The notes under the pieces were generated by a model. That model was not told the origin of the DNA, did no database searches, and saw only the letters and a program-made list of their open reading frames with translations. Shown piece by piece: positions 51,890-64,000 of a stretch of 64,000 nt of DNA. Position numbers and translations under genes: made by a program. Positions within the stretch are counted from its first letter, which is position 1. Every line of letters starts with the position of its first letter. Source of the stretch: Octopus sinensis (taxonomy: Eukaryota); assembly GCF_006345805.1 (NCBI RefSeq), contig NW_021833434.1, positions 1-64,000 on the forward strand. The letters are read 5' to 3'.

Positions 51890-52140
51890 ATTCTCCAGAA
51901 AATATGATACTAGATGTTTCTGGAGGAAAAGTATGTGTTGATACTCCAACCAAATTCCGCTGCAGTTGGAAAGGTGGTAATCCACCAGCAAGTGTAACCC
52001 TGGAGTATGAAAAATACTCAAATACTAGTAAAGAAGAAGTTGAAATTAATGTAATACCTTCCAAATCTCATCAAACAGTCAAGTGTCGGGCATTCATATT
52101 GCTGCAAATGTGTCTCGTGAAAAGAATTTAACTATTCATT
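51890..52140 (+). CDS. Internal coding exon, Ig-like domain 2 (apparent 1-nt deletion near 52096)
   Basis: Acceptor ...aattcatAG ends at 51889; donor GTGAGT at 52141. Spliced to the previous exon's last T it reads (Y)SPENMILDVSGGKVCVDTPTKFRCSWKGGNPPASV...TVKCRAF. A shifted frame continues IAANVSREKNLTIH to the donor. Length 251 nt is one base short of 84 codons. Confidence 0.8.
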
Positions 52141-52544
52141 GTGAGTATAATGAAGCATCTTTTGAAAATTTTATCTTCTGTTTTTATCATTTTCTTTTTT
52201 TAATTCAAATATGAAAAAAAATTTTAACTGTAAGATTTAGTCTTTTGTATATGTTGGTTGGTTTGGCTGTAGGTTTTTGAGTGAAGGAAAGAAAAAATAA
52301 TAATATCCTGTGATTCCAAACCAGTGTGAGCGTTGTTATTCTTCTGGAACTATGTATCTAATTGCATTGTTGGAATTTGTGTAGTTTTATCATGCAAGTT
52401 GAATATACAGAGGAAATAAACTTATGGTCAAATGCCATTATAAATAGTGCCCCAGCATGACCACAACTTTGAAGTTGAAACAATTTAAAGATTTATGGCT
52501 AAATATCTGGGAGCTCTTTAAATTTTATTTAGGAAAAGAGATCA

Positions 52545-55085
52545 GTAATTAGAGGGATATCAAATTACTGGACTAGTTCATTAAAGTCAGAAAAAGAGTT
52601 ATGGCTCTGTTGATAATTGACAGTTAAACTAGATGAGATGCAGTTCAGTTTTGTTCTGGAAAAAAGAAGTACTGATATCATATTCCTAGTGAGTCAACAA
52701 GTGAAGAACCTGTTGACCTAGAGAAAGCCTTTGACAAAGGTTACTCATTTGGGGATCTAGTAATTATTGATGAAGCTAGGAGTATAAGAATGGCTTATGT
52801 GAGCCATACAATCCATATACAGGTGTATTGTCAGCAATATGAGAAATAGCAATGAGTACAGTGATGACTTTAGTGTGTAGGTAGGATACCATCAGTGCTT
52901 AGTCTCTTTCTATTTATCAAAGACCTCCAGGGGAGTTTAAGATTAGGTGTCTACAGGAATTCTTATTTGCTCATGTTCTCCTTTTTATGGCTGAAGCTGG
53001 AGTAAGACTGGGAAAACATTACAGGTGTGAAAGCAAAGCATGGAATCAAAGGGCCTCATTACCTTGGTAAACATTCAAATCTTAGTAAATCAGAAAACAT
53101 ACAAGACCCTTCATCCATCTGGATAATTACCTTGTTTCATATGTAAAAAAGAAATGGGTGGAAAGTTGATATAGTGTATCCAGTGCAAACTGTGTATGTG
53201 CAAGAGATACAATGGAATTATGGGTAGGTTGACAAAGTGACATTGTATATAGCAGGTGTGCTGGAGCAATAAACTTTAAGTGAACATGAGAAATGAAGCC
53301 TTCAAAAGCCCAGGAAGATTTCTAGATGTAATAGAGAGCTTTTGTTATCTAGGTGATCAAAACAGTATTGGTGGAAATTGTTCTCAAAGTGTAGTAGCCA
53401 ATGTAAAATCTGAGTAGAGAAAGTCCATGGATTTATTACTTCTGTCATAAACATAAAGTTTTTCTCTCAGTGTGAAAAGCTGACTTTATGATGCTTTTTT
53501 CAACTTGAAATGCTCCATGATAGTGAGACATGAGCCTTGAATGTGGAGGACCTGAAAAGACTAGAAATAAATAAAGCATACATGCTCCACTAGATATGCA
53601 ATGTTAGTGTGAAAGATTGATGGAATACAATGTGTTGAGGAGAACAACTGGCCAAGAATTAAATGTAGTATACATTAGTTTGGGTATGTAATATGTATGG
53701 ATAAGACAGTTGTATATAAAGTAATGATCACTCACAGTAGATGAAACCTGTGTGAGAGAAAGACATGGGATGAGGTAGTGAAGGCTGATCTCAGGATGCT
53801 GGCACTCATGGAAGAGATGACAAACCAAGTTGATTAGTGATATGCAGTACTCAACATGATTTACCTTCCTATGATTGCACATCATGGCTAAGGCTCTCAA
53901 AGCGTAATATATATATATATGTACACTATGCACCTGAGTCGTCTCCCCCATCTATCCAGACAACAAGTTCCCCCTTCAAGCCACTTCCATTCTCCTCATT
54001 GTAACAATTGACAATCCCTACCTCACCCTTGTTAATATCCATCTTAAACTCTCATCTTCATTTGTAACTTCTGGATCGCTGCCACTTCCTATTGATACTC
54101 ATTCCTCATTTTTGTCATCCATGACTACATTCCTTTCCTCGTTGGGTTTCAATTTTCACATTCACTTCACTCACAACCTCAACTCCACTTCTCATCCTCA
54201 CATCTCACTCGCAATCTCTAATTCTACATCCAGCATCCTATCCCCTCAGTCTCCTCCACTTGCAACCTGAGTTCTATCCCTCATCACGCTATCACACATT
54301 CCTCTATCATTTCCCAATATACTACATTTTTCTGCTCTTGTAAGAAACTGATATAGAACCTGCTACTATATACCATACCATTGCCATCTCTGTACTGCTG
54401 ATCACCACTCTTCTCTATACTATTCTCAATCAGCCTTCATTCCTCATTCTCAATTGTACCTCACTCATACTGGTTACCTCCACCCTTGTTCACCCTTCTC
54501 TACATTTATCTTCTATATACTACTGACCTCATTCACCTCATGTTTATATCCACCTCACTCTCCTTTCACACTCTTACAGCCTTTTCGCAAACCTTCATTA
54601 TTCTCCTGTATCCTTCTCTCTCCATTTATCTCTTGGACATGTTACCATGCATGTATGTTCTGTTACCTTGTCATCACCATTTTTACCTCTTGAGTCCCAT
54701 TCCAGTCCTTCCCACCCATTGATGCAAAATAAATAGTTGCCATACATCTTTCTGCCACCCTCCACAGTGATACTTTAACATCTCAACTCCTTGCTTAAAG
54801 CATCCACCCTATCTCTTATCTTCCCCATTAGTTGAATAGCTCTTCAGTCTTGCAAGTTTCAAAGGAACCTCATTAGAGTTGATGCTATGAAAATAGCACC
54901 CAGTAAACTCTGTAAAGTGGTTGGCATTAGGAAAGGTATACATAAAGCATGCTAAAACTGACTTTTAAGCAAGATGTGGTTCTCTGGCCTGCAGGACCTT
55001 GTTAAAACGTATTGTCATGCTAGCATGGAAAGCAGACACAAGATGATAGTGGTAGTGGCAGCAATGATGATTATCATCATCTCTA
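52545..55085 (+). mobile_element. RTE LINE, highly degraded, with pyrimidine-rich 3' UTR
   Basis: LDEMQF, LEKAFD and KTWDEVV.ADLRML motifs; terminal block at about 54890-55075. Confidence 0.8.
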
Positions 55086-55969
55086 TGATGATAGTGCATG
55101 TCTATTTTGAGGAAGATATATACATATTAAGAATCCATATGTCAGAAAAAAATAAGCCCATTTACATTTGTTAATAGGGCAGGTATAATAGTCAAAATGT
55201 ACAGTATTATAGATCCATTACAGCTAATCTTACCACTTGGTTTTACTCTGGGAATTAAAATGGATATTAGATAACAGCACAATTAAGAAATACTCTGTGC
55301 TCTTGAGATCTGGTAGGTATGGAAAAAATATCTGTTTTGAGGAAGGTATAAAGAAATTAATAATGTAATGCAATTTATGAAGTTTTGCAAAATGTAGGTA
55401 AAACATTATGAAAAGCCTGCACCAACAAATTTTCATAAATTCCTTTTTTAAAAACACCTATATTGTGGTATTTTAGTTTGACATTAAACTTCCCTTATTT
55501 TATTACAATTCTATCATTATCAGCAGTCCCAATTTACAAAAATGTAATATTTCATCATACACATTTTTATTTTATTTTATTTAATGATAGTAGTTGTGGA
55601 ACCTATGTAGACTTATATTCAATGTTGCCTTTTATTCTGCATCCTTTTCCTGAAACTTTGTGTCTTGCTAATTAAATTTTGCCAACATCTTCAAAACTTA
55701 AATGGTAGTCTGATGAAATTCTTGGATACAAGTATTTTTATATAGATGTGTATTTTCTAATATATTGGTTAGGATTTGAAAATTTGTATTGGACATTTCT
55801 TTCAGTGTAAAAGATTGCAATACTAATAGAATTTATTTAAAATTTTCTCATTTTTATGCATCACTTTATATCTAATGCAACTTGGAATATTAATCACCAA
55901 TGTAACAGCAAAAAATAAAATATCTTTATGCAAGTATTTACGTAAATAATCTGATTTCCTTTTATACAG

Positions 55970-56222
55970 ATCCACCTAAAACAATAGAAATCAAGACTGA
56001 TGAACCCTTTCTTGAAGGTCGCAAAGGTATTTTGCATTGTAAGGCAATAAATGGATATCCAGAAAAGTACAGCTACAGGTGGGATCCAGTAAGTAACAAA
56101 CCTCACAAAATTTAACACTTTCTCAACTCAATCGAACACACAATAATGAGGTTTACACTTGTTATGCTTCTAACAAGTGCAGTAAAAGAGAATTACATAA
56201 AAACATTGGATCAATGTAGAAT
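55970..56222 (+). CDS. Internal coding exon, Ig-like domain 3 (two apparent 1-nt deletions near 56097 and 56205)
   Basis: Acceptor tttcctttTatacAG ends at 55969; donor GTAAGT at 56223. First frame reads (Y)PPKTIEIKTDEPFLEGRKGILHCKAINGYPEKYSYRWDPVS, second QTSQNLTLSQLNRTHNNEVYTCYASNKCSKRELHK, third INVE up to the donor. Length 253 nt is two bases short of 85 codons. Confidence 0.8.
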
Positions 56223-56639
56223 GTAAGTTGAAAGCTTAAAATTCTATTACAAACCTGTAAAATAATTTATTTACATTCATTACAGAAAAGTACTACGATC
56301 TTTCATCTTTGTTAATTTGGTTTTACCCCAAAATCTTCACATAGTTGATTTTCTTTGTTTTTCTAAAATAAATTGTTTAATAAAAATACAAATTGTAGGT
56401 TGTAAAATTTATTTCAACCTATCAACTTTTAAACAGTATACAGCTGTATATTATTTACATTTGACGAATATTTGTCCTCATCTTGCTTGTCTTGTTAACA
56501 CAATGTTTTGGCTGATATACCCTCAGGTGTCTTGGGAAATTGCGAACCTGGGTTCTCAAGATATAATGAGAGAAGGCGATATTCTCCCGATATCGTAAAC
56601 CTTGTCTTCCATTAGAGTAGTTTTGATGTTAGTATTATC

Positions 56640-56716
56640 ATTCAGGTCACTGCCTGGAATTGAACTTGGAATCTTGGGTTAGTAGCCTGCGCGCGCTCTT
56701 AACCACTATGCCATAA
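56640..56716 (-). mobile_element. tRNA-like SINE head inside a larger repeat
   Basis: Minus strand GGCATAGTGGTTAAGAGCG (A box)...AGTTCAATTCC (B box). No convincing cloverleaf acceptor stem. Confidence 0.6.
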
Positions 56717-57979
56717 GCCCGTGGGTAATTATGGAGTGAATTTTGGGGTTTATAAATCTAATATTTTCCTACCCTTCTTTAATACCATTTTGCATATGCT
56801 ACTTATTGGATTAAGAACAGAACAAAGAGATAAGCCCTGCTTTCCCAGGAATTACTGGGTACATCAGCTAATATATATATAGATAGATAAAACATAATAG
56901 CTTCCCCTGAACCATTTAGTTTCATTTTGGTTGACAAACAAATTAATTAACTCTCTTTATATATATAATAAATTTTGCATTTTAAATGCTTTGGTGAAAA
57001 TTTTCAGGGTGCATAAAAGGACAATATGTGAACTACATAGCGATTTACTGGAATATTCAAATATACACAGAAAATATATTTATGTTTACTATGTATATGT
57101 GTGTGTGCACGCATGCATTAAAAATATTCATTTATTTTTAAATTCAATATTACTAATAACAATAATCATGAATAATGATTTATACTATGTAAGAGGAACA
57201 TTATTTACTGAATAAAATGAAATAATATTAAAGTGAAAGAGAAATAAAGTTTATGATCATGTTTGTATATGTGTGTGCGCATGTCTATGCTCATATTTAC
57301 ATATACGCACGCACACACACACACAGACGCACATACAGAGATACAGATATATATACACACAATAATTATGGATGCCAATGGTTTATATGTCAACTTACAT
57401 GTGTATATATGTTACTTTCTAAGTTTTTTATTAATGTACATAAATACATAAGAGCAGCAATAAAAGTTCATTCACACATTATTTGATATTAATATTTATA
57501 TTGAAGTTTAATAATAATGATAATAATCAACTAAATTATATAAAAGTAAAAGTACATGATTAAATATATATATAATAAAATAAAATAAAATAAGGTAGCA
57601 GAATAATGAATATAGAATAAATAGGATAAGAATAAAAAATAGAAATAAAGGGGAAGTAAAATTTGTTTATGCGTGAATGCATGTGCGTGTATATGCATAC
57701 ATGGATTATATTATGTGTATGTGGATATCTATATATGGATAACATTGTTGGTATTTATAAAACATAATAAATAAAATAAAATAAGGTAAATAAGTAAGCA
57801 GAAATAAGGAATAAAGAATAAATAAAAATATAAAGGTGAAATAAATTTGCTTATGTGTTTATACATGTGCATACACGTATGGGTGTATCTTGTTTACATA
57901 TTAGTATCTCTATATGTACTTGCATATACAGATATACAGATGTTTATTTCTAGTTATTTCATTAGTTCATTAGTTTATA

Positions 57980-58737
57980 TTTCCACACCCTAGCGGTTGA
58001 GGGAACCTGTGGAAGAAGTAGACCCAGGAAGACCTGGGATGAAGTGGGGAAGCACGATCTTCGAACTTTAGGCCTCACCAAGGAAATGACTAATGACCGA
58101 GACCTATGGAAATATGCTGTGCTTGAGAAGACCCGGCAAGCCAAATGAGACCATAACCTCGTTTGCCTGTGCCAGGGGTGTAACCAGCCCACTTGTGCGT
58201 ACCTTTTCTTCTCTGAACACTAATCTCTGTTTGCGAAGACCTGTTGAGGCAATTGAAATCGAAACGAAATCAAAATCAAAGTGAAATTCGATGACAGGCA
58301 TGAGCACCATATGAGCGTGATTGTTGCCAGCTTCGCCTTACTGGCACTTGTGCCCTGTGCTAGTAGGGTGCTAAGAGCACCATCTGAGTGTGATCGTTGC
58401 CAGAGCGGCTAACTGGCTTGTAGGAGGCATGTAGAAGGCACCATTCGAGCGGGATCATTACCAGCATCGCCTTACTGGCACCTGTGCCGTTGGCATGTGT
58501 AAAAACAAATTCGAGCGAGGTCGTTGCCAGTACCGCCTGACTGGCCCCAAGCTGGTGGCACATAAAAGCACCCACTACACTCTCGGAGTGGTTGGTGTTA
58601 GGAAGGGACTCCAGCTGTAGAAACTCTGCCAGATTGGAGCTTGGTGCAGCCATCTGGTTCACCAGCCGACAGTCAAACCGTCCAACCCATGCTAGCATGG
58701 AAAGCGGATGTTAAATGACGATGATGATGATGATGAT
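57980..58737 (+). mobile_element. RTE 3' end, 5'-truncated
   Basis: VEGTCG.GRPRKTWDEV motif; 3' UTR similar to 29820-30445; (GAT)n tail. Confidence 0.9.
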
Positions 58738-59444
58738 GTATATGTGTATAATATTGTTGGTATTTATCTGTATATAAAAATGCAGGATGTGTGTATGTGT
58801 ACGTGAATGTATTTTGCACGTCCACAAATTAGCATATGTCGCTCCAATTTTAGGAGGACATTTGTCATGATCCTAACTGTATTTTTGTCGAATTATTTTC
58901 CCGAAGCACCAGCGGGTAGTAGTAAAAACCTATTTTCAACCTTAACTTTTACCAATTTTGAAGTTTGCTAACATGAGTTAAGTCCCTTCTTGCCATAACG
59001 AAGTGAAAATGTGTGTGTGTGAGGGAGAGAGAAGTTGTGTTGATGTATGTATGTGTGTGTGTGAGGGAGACAGATGTTGTGTGTTGATGTGTGTGTGTGT
59101 GTGAGGGAGAGATAGAGTAAGTGACAGTGTTCACCAAAAATAAAAATGTAAAATGTTTTTTTTTCTTATACACGAGATATAGTATTCAAATTTAGGATGT
59201 TTTTGAAAGACACTATACTTTATAATCAGATTATATATACTTTCTCACACAACAATTAAAATATATTCATTTTAAATCATTTATTTATTTTAATTGTTCA
59301 TCTTTCTCCCTGCCCCCCTCTCTCTCACACACACACACATTACTTTGGGCACGAAAGAGTTTGTTTTTATTTTACATTGAAAAAGTGTTTTGTTGAGAAT
59401 CTATGTATTTAACAACATAGAAACATTAAGTTTCTGAAAAGACT

Positions 59445-61400
59445 TGCATTTAATGTTTCTGAAAAGAAAGTGGCTTGGAGAAGCTATTATGAAAGACTGC
59501 TGAATGTAGAGAATGAATGAGGAGAAGAGCCTGCCAAATGTTAACCCAGTAGAAGGACCAGCTATCTGAATAGACAGCTCCCTAGTAGATAAAGCAATTA
59601 AGGGTATAAGAAAAAGCCCCGGCCTATCAGGAATCACTGCTGAGATGTTTAAAACATCTGGTGGAGTGGGCTATGGCCTAGTCACATGCATTGTAAACCA
59701 GGTAGTTCATAATGGAGCCATGCCCAATGACTGGCGTAGCAGCACCATAGTCAACTGCTACAAAGGTAAAGGTGATGCTCTAGATAGAAATAACTACAAG
59801 GGTATTAAACTGCTGGTTCAGGTGATGACTGTCACAGAGAGGGTCATAGCCCATCTCATTAGGGAGAGAGTCTGCTTAGATGAGATGCAGTTCAGTTTTG
59901 TTCTGGGCAGAAGCACCACTGATGACATATTCCTGGTTTAACAACTGCAGGAGAAATACCTAGCTGAAGATAAACCCCTGTACTTAGCTTTTGTGGACTT
60001 GGAGAAAGCCTTTAACAGGGTTCCCCAATCCCTTATCTAGTGGGCAATGTGGAAATTGGAGATTGACAAATGGTTAATAAGGGCTGTACAGGCCCTATAC
60101 CGAGAGGCTGTTAGTAAGGTTACGATTAGCAACGAGTATAGTAAAGAATTCCGGGTAGAAGTAGGGATCCACCAAGGTTCAGCCCTCAGTCCCTTTTATT
60201 CATCATAGTCCTCTAGGCAATAACAGAGGAATTCAAGACAGGTTGCCCCTGGGAACTCCTCCATGCTGATGACCTGGCCCTCATAGCAGAATCACTACCA
60301 GAACTAGAAAAGAAATTTCGGCTATGGAAGCAAGGTTTCAAATCAAAAGGCCTTAGAGTCAATGTATCAAAGACTAAAGTTATAGTAAGTAGGAAGGCAA
60401 ACTCATCACACACCCCCTCAATCTGTAGAAAAGGTGTTGGTAGAAACTCCATAAGATGTACCCAGTGTAAGCTATGGATGCATAAGAGGTGCAGCAACGT
60501 CAGAGGAAAATTAACCGAGAGATAGCTTTTGTGTGCTGCAGATGCACAGGGGCAATAGACACCACAGATACTCAGAAAACAAATTCCATCACACTCCAGG
60601 GAGAGAAACTAGAAGTAGTTGATAGTTTCCCGCTACCTAGGTGACCAAGTTAGTAGTGGAGGTGGATGCTCATAGAGTGTTCACCCCTACTAGTGACAAA
60701 GGGTCTCGCTCAGAGTGAAAGGTAGATTGTACGACACATGTGTGTTAACTACAATGCTTCATGGTAGTGAAACATAGGCTGTGACTGCAGAGGACATGCA
60801 TTGGCTTGAAAGAAATGAAGCTAGCATGATCCGCTGGATGTGTAATGTCAGTGTTCACACATGACAGAGTGTAAGTGCCCTGAGAGAAATACTGGACATA
60901 AGAAGCATTGGATGTGGCGTGCAAGAGAGACTTTTGCACTGGTATGGTCATGTACTAAAGATGGATGAGGAAAGATGTTTGAAGAAATGCCACTCTCAAA
61001 CAGTTGAAGGAATCCAGGGTAGAGGTAGACCCAAAAAGACATGGGATGAGGTGGTCAAGCAGGACCTTCGAACGTTGGGCCTCACAGAGGCAATGACAAA
61101 ATACCGAGAACTCTGGAGGCATGCTGTGACTGTGAAAACCGACAAATAACTTGAGTTCATGGCTGTCTCCTGCACCAGCTTCACATAGCAGCCCCAGCCC
61201 ATCCAAAGTACCGTGGATCACAGGACGACCTTGTGCTTATCTTGGATTGTCGGGTGGCCTGCTGTGCTTGCGGAGGCCTATTGAGTCAAGTACATCAACA
61301 TCAAATAAAAATCAAATGGAAATTGTAGTTGTGATACCTGTGCTGGTGTCACGTAAAAAGCACCATCCGAAGCTTGACTGGCTTCCATGCCGGTGGCACA
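59445..61400 (+). mobile_element. RTE LINE fragment nested in the Helitron
   Basis: RT ORF 59645-59941, ELLHADDLALI and GRGRPKKTW motifs; truncated at both ends. Confidence 0.9.
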
Positions 61401-61799
61401 TTTAAAAATTTCGTATGTGAAAATTGTGTGAGCTTTATCTAAAAATTTGCCTGGAGTGTTTCATGGTAAATTTGAGAGTAAAAAAAAAATGTTTTCCATA
61501 TTCTTAATCTCCTTATTTTTCCACATACATTGAAAAATAGATGGTGAAAAGATCAATGGGTATGGGGTGTGAAATTTCAGAAGCTTCCACTACAGCCCAC
61601 CCTGTTTTTTAGACCACAAAAAGGGTTTTGTAGCATATTAGGTGGCCTTGGTAGTTGATTCCAAGCAAAAAATCAATTTTTTTTACTTAGTGAAAGTCGT
61701 GCAAGTGTTAGTCTAAAATTTAATTCAAAACCTTTTCCATTCATTTCTTTATGAAATTCTCTGTATGTAATTTTGCTTTCTTGATGGTCAAGGCAAATG

Positions 61800-63270
61800 A
61801 TGACTGGCAAAGCAACAGTGCCCTAATGCTGACATCGGATACAATGACCTGATCTACAATAATGCGCTGATTGAAATCAAGGATGCCCTGCTCAGGATGG
61901 GTGGGGCAGCGTTGAACACATTCTGTTTGCCATCCTCATTGCGACAGGACGTTAACACACTCCCACCAAAGTTACATCTGGACTTGTCGTATGACGCTGA
62001 TGGCCTTGCAGAGTACCTGAGAGTAAATGAACCAAAATTGCTGCCTGATCAGAGGCTAGTGTACGAAACTGTCGTCAGTGCCATTGAAAAACAGGTGGGC
62101 GGCATTTTTTTCCTCAATGCTGCTAGAGGTACCAGAAAATCCTTTGTAACACAATTAATACTTGCTAATATTCATTGCAAGAAACAAATGCACTAGCAGT
62201 TGCTTCCTCGGGAATCGCTGCTACGTTATTGCCGGTAGGTAGAACGGTGCACTCGGTATTCAGGCTGCCTTTACATTTGGTGAGGGCCGAGGTTCCTACT
62301 TGCAAGATTGGCAAAATTTCAGAGGAAGCTGAAGTCCTTAGTACCATCTCATTGTATGGGACAAATGCACAATGACAAGTAAGGGTGCCCTTGAGGCACT
62401 GGACCAGTCACTGAAAGGTATTAGGGATTCTACAGCTTCTATGAGTGGTGTAACTCTATTACTTTCAGGAGATTTGTGGCAAACACTTCCTGTCATCCCT
62501 AAAGGGAGCCAGGCTGATGAAGTGCGTTTATGCCTTAAGTCATCGATGATGTGGCTCCAGGTTAAGACCTTAAGCCTAAGCGCAACATGTGTGCACACTT
62601 GCTTGGAGATAGCATGTCTGCAGCATTTGCTGAAGTCATTTTAACCCTTGGAGAAGGCAAGGTCCCTAGGAGTTATAGGGGTGACATATCCATCTCTGAA
62701 CTGTGCAACACTGTGGACAACCCTTCTGATCTTTGGAAACAGTGTTCCCCAATCTGGAAAGTAATTATGCAGACATCAATTGGCTCAGTGAAAGAACCAT
62801 CCTGGCCCCCAAAAACGTAGCTGTCAGTGCTGTCAACGACCAGCTCATAAGCCGAATTCCAGGTGAGGAGTGCATCTACAAATCAATTGACCAGATCTCT
62901 GACCCCCAAGACATTGCCATTTACTCTATCGAGTTTCTCAACTCATTGGAGCCAACATGGCTTCCACTCACATTCTTAGGCTAAGGGTTGGATGCCCAAT
63001 TATGCTAATTAGAAACTTGCTTCCACCTAAACAGTGCAAAGGGACCTGCTTAGTAATCAAGTATCTGACGCCCCACTTGACTGAGGCCACCATTGTTACA
63101 GGGTGCTGGAGGGGTGAAAATATTTTCATTTCAAGGATGCAGCTTTATCCCTCAGGGTCAGACATGCCATTTAACCTCCTCAGATCGCAGTTCCCAGTGA
63201 GATCATGCTTCGCCATGTCCATCAACAAATCCCAAGGCCAAACACTATTGGTGGCAGGCATCCATTTGGG
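61800..63270 (+). pseudogene. Helitron RepHel C-terminal PIF1-family (SF1B) helicase, frameshifted
   Basis: GGIFFLNAARGTRKSF (Walker A remnant), ALAVASSGIAATLL..GRTVHS, LLSGDLWQTLPVIP, ILAPKN, PIMLIRNL and QFPVRSCFAMSINKSQGQTL. Confidence 0.93.
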
Positions 63271-63911
63271 GTTTTCCATTCAATCAGGATAAAAAATTGA
63301 TGAACCAATTCCTTATAGGATTTCCTACTAAAATTGGCTACACCCCATTTTCAACCATAACTTTCACATATTTTGACATATTTTCCCCAAACTTGATGCC
63401 AGCATTACTTAGGACCCATGGAATCTTTGAATACTGTAAGTTCTCAAAAAAAATAAATAAACAATCGCTGAATGGAAATAATCGATAAACCAATTCCTTA
63501 TGGGATTTCATAATCAAATTGCCTGCAACCCATTTTCAGCCAATAGTATACCAATTTCAATGGATTTTGCTCAAATTTGATGTCGGTGTCACTTATTTTG
63601 GTTTGAAATAGAGTGTTTGATCACTTTATAATCCTAACTTAATTCCGGGCAACACCGAGCTATACTACTAGTAAAATATATAATAAAATAACATAAATAA
63701 GTAGGCAGAAATAATGAATGAATTAATTAATTATAAATAAAAATAACCACATAAGCAAATTTATTTCACTTTTATAGTTTTATTTATTCTTTACTCCTTA
63801 TTTCTCCTTACTTATTTACCTTATTTTATTTTATTTATTATGTTGTATAAATACCAACAATGTTATCCATGTATACATATACACATAATATAATCCATCT
63901 ATGCATAGTAA

Positions 63912-64000
63912 AGGCACGTGGCTTAGTGGTTAGGGCATTCAGCTCATGATCATAAGATCATAAGTTCAATTCCTGGTGATGCATTGTGTCCTTGAGCAAG
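63912..64000 (+). mobile_element. tRNA-derived SINE 5' head, running off the window
   Basis: A box TGGCTTAGTGG, B box GTTCAATTCC, then GTGTCCTTGAGCAAG. Confidence 0.8.

Larger units (their letters stand above)
58767..63671 (+). mobile_element. Helitron, internally deleted (no Rep/HUH), retaining a disrupted PIF1-like helicase and carrying a nested RTE
   Basis: A^TCTGTATATAAAAATG at 58767; CCGGGCAACACCGAG hairpin and CTAG^T at 63668-63671. The joined flanks regenerate the minisatellite unit seen at about 57745. Confidence 0.88.
57540..63900. repeat. AT-rich minisatellite (unit of about 180 bp) split by RTE and Helitron insertions, last unit inverted
   Basis: Units at about 57540-57730, 57730-57960 and 58738-58766 joined to 63672-63745. 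An inverted copy at 63748-63898 matches 57701-57857. Confidence 0.75.

Noticed and set aside
56089-56094. Perfect GTAAGT donor inside Ig exon 3
   Set aside because: Using it would cut the domain before the F-strand YTC, and no AG follows before 56149 to form a micro-intron. A frameshift explains the continuing Ig sequence better, although use as a cryptic donor is not excluded.
56640-56716. Possible tRNA gene (also 63912-63980)
   Set aside because: A and B boxes are present, but there is no paired acceptor stem and the sequence continues into SINE body; these are tRNA-derived SINE heads.
57008-57090. Candidate fourth exon after ttttcAG (CIKGQYVNYIAIYW...)
   Set aside because: No Y-P linker, no Ig cysteine pattern and no convincing donor; it runs into TA/TG low complexity.
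61800-63270. Host PIF1 helicase gene
   Set aside because: It has multiple stops and frameshifts, no introns in the helicase region, and lies within Helitron termini; it is transposon-derived.

Overview
AT-rich, repeat-dense eukaryotic DNA. By eye, roughly two thirds of it is transposon-derived. The repeat landscape (RTE LINEs with (GAT)n tails, tRNA-derived SINEs, small Helitrons) looks like a coleoid cephalopod, probably Octopus; this is inferred from recall and was not searched. The only host coding sequence I can support is three + strand, phase-1/phase-1 exons (25239-25559, 51890-52140, 55970-56222). Each encodes one Ig-like domain of a nephrin/SYG-2/CADM-like cell-surface protein, and their junctions rebuild the typical K-Y-S-P and H-Y-P-P linkers. 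Exons 2 and 3 need one and two extra bases respectively to read through, which means either assembly indels or real disablement. The rest is intronic or intergenic: about 16 RTE fragments from three lineages (one BovB-like), two Tc1 elements (one DD36E), a mariner, a Tigger/pogo fragment, two Penelope fragments, and a Ty3/Gypsy interrupted by a piggyBac that is itself interrupted by an RTE. There are also several non-autonomous Helitrons, one Rep-less helicase-bearing Helitron whose ends are confirmed by an empty paralogous site, an array of about 7 SINEs, and several local rearrangement scars (a templated inverted insertion, a fold-back hairpin, tandem duplications). There are no rRNA, true tRNA or CRISPR features. 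I did not find a convincing new multi-gene system. Most TE boundaries are approximate (tens of bp) unless termini are quoted.
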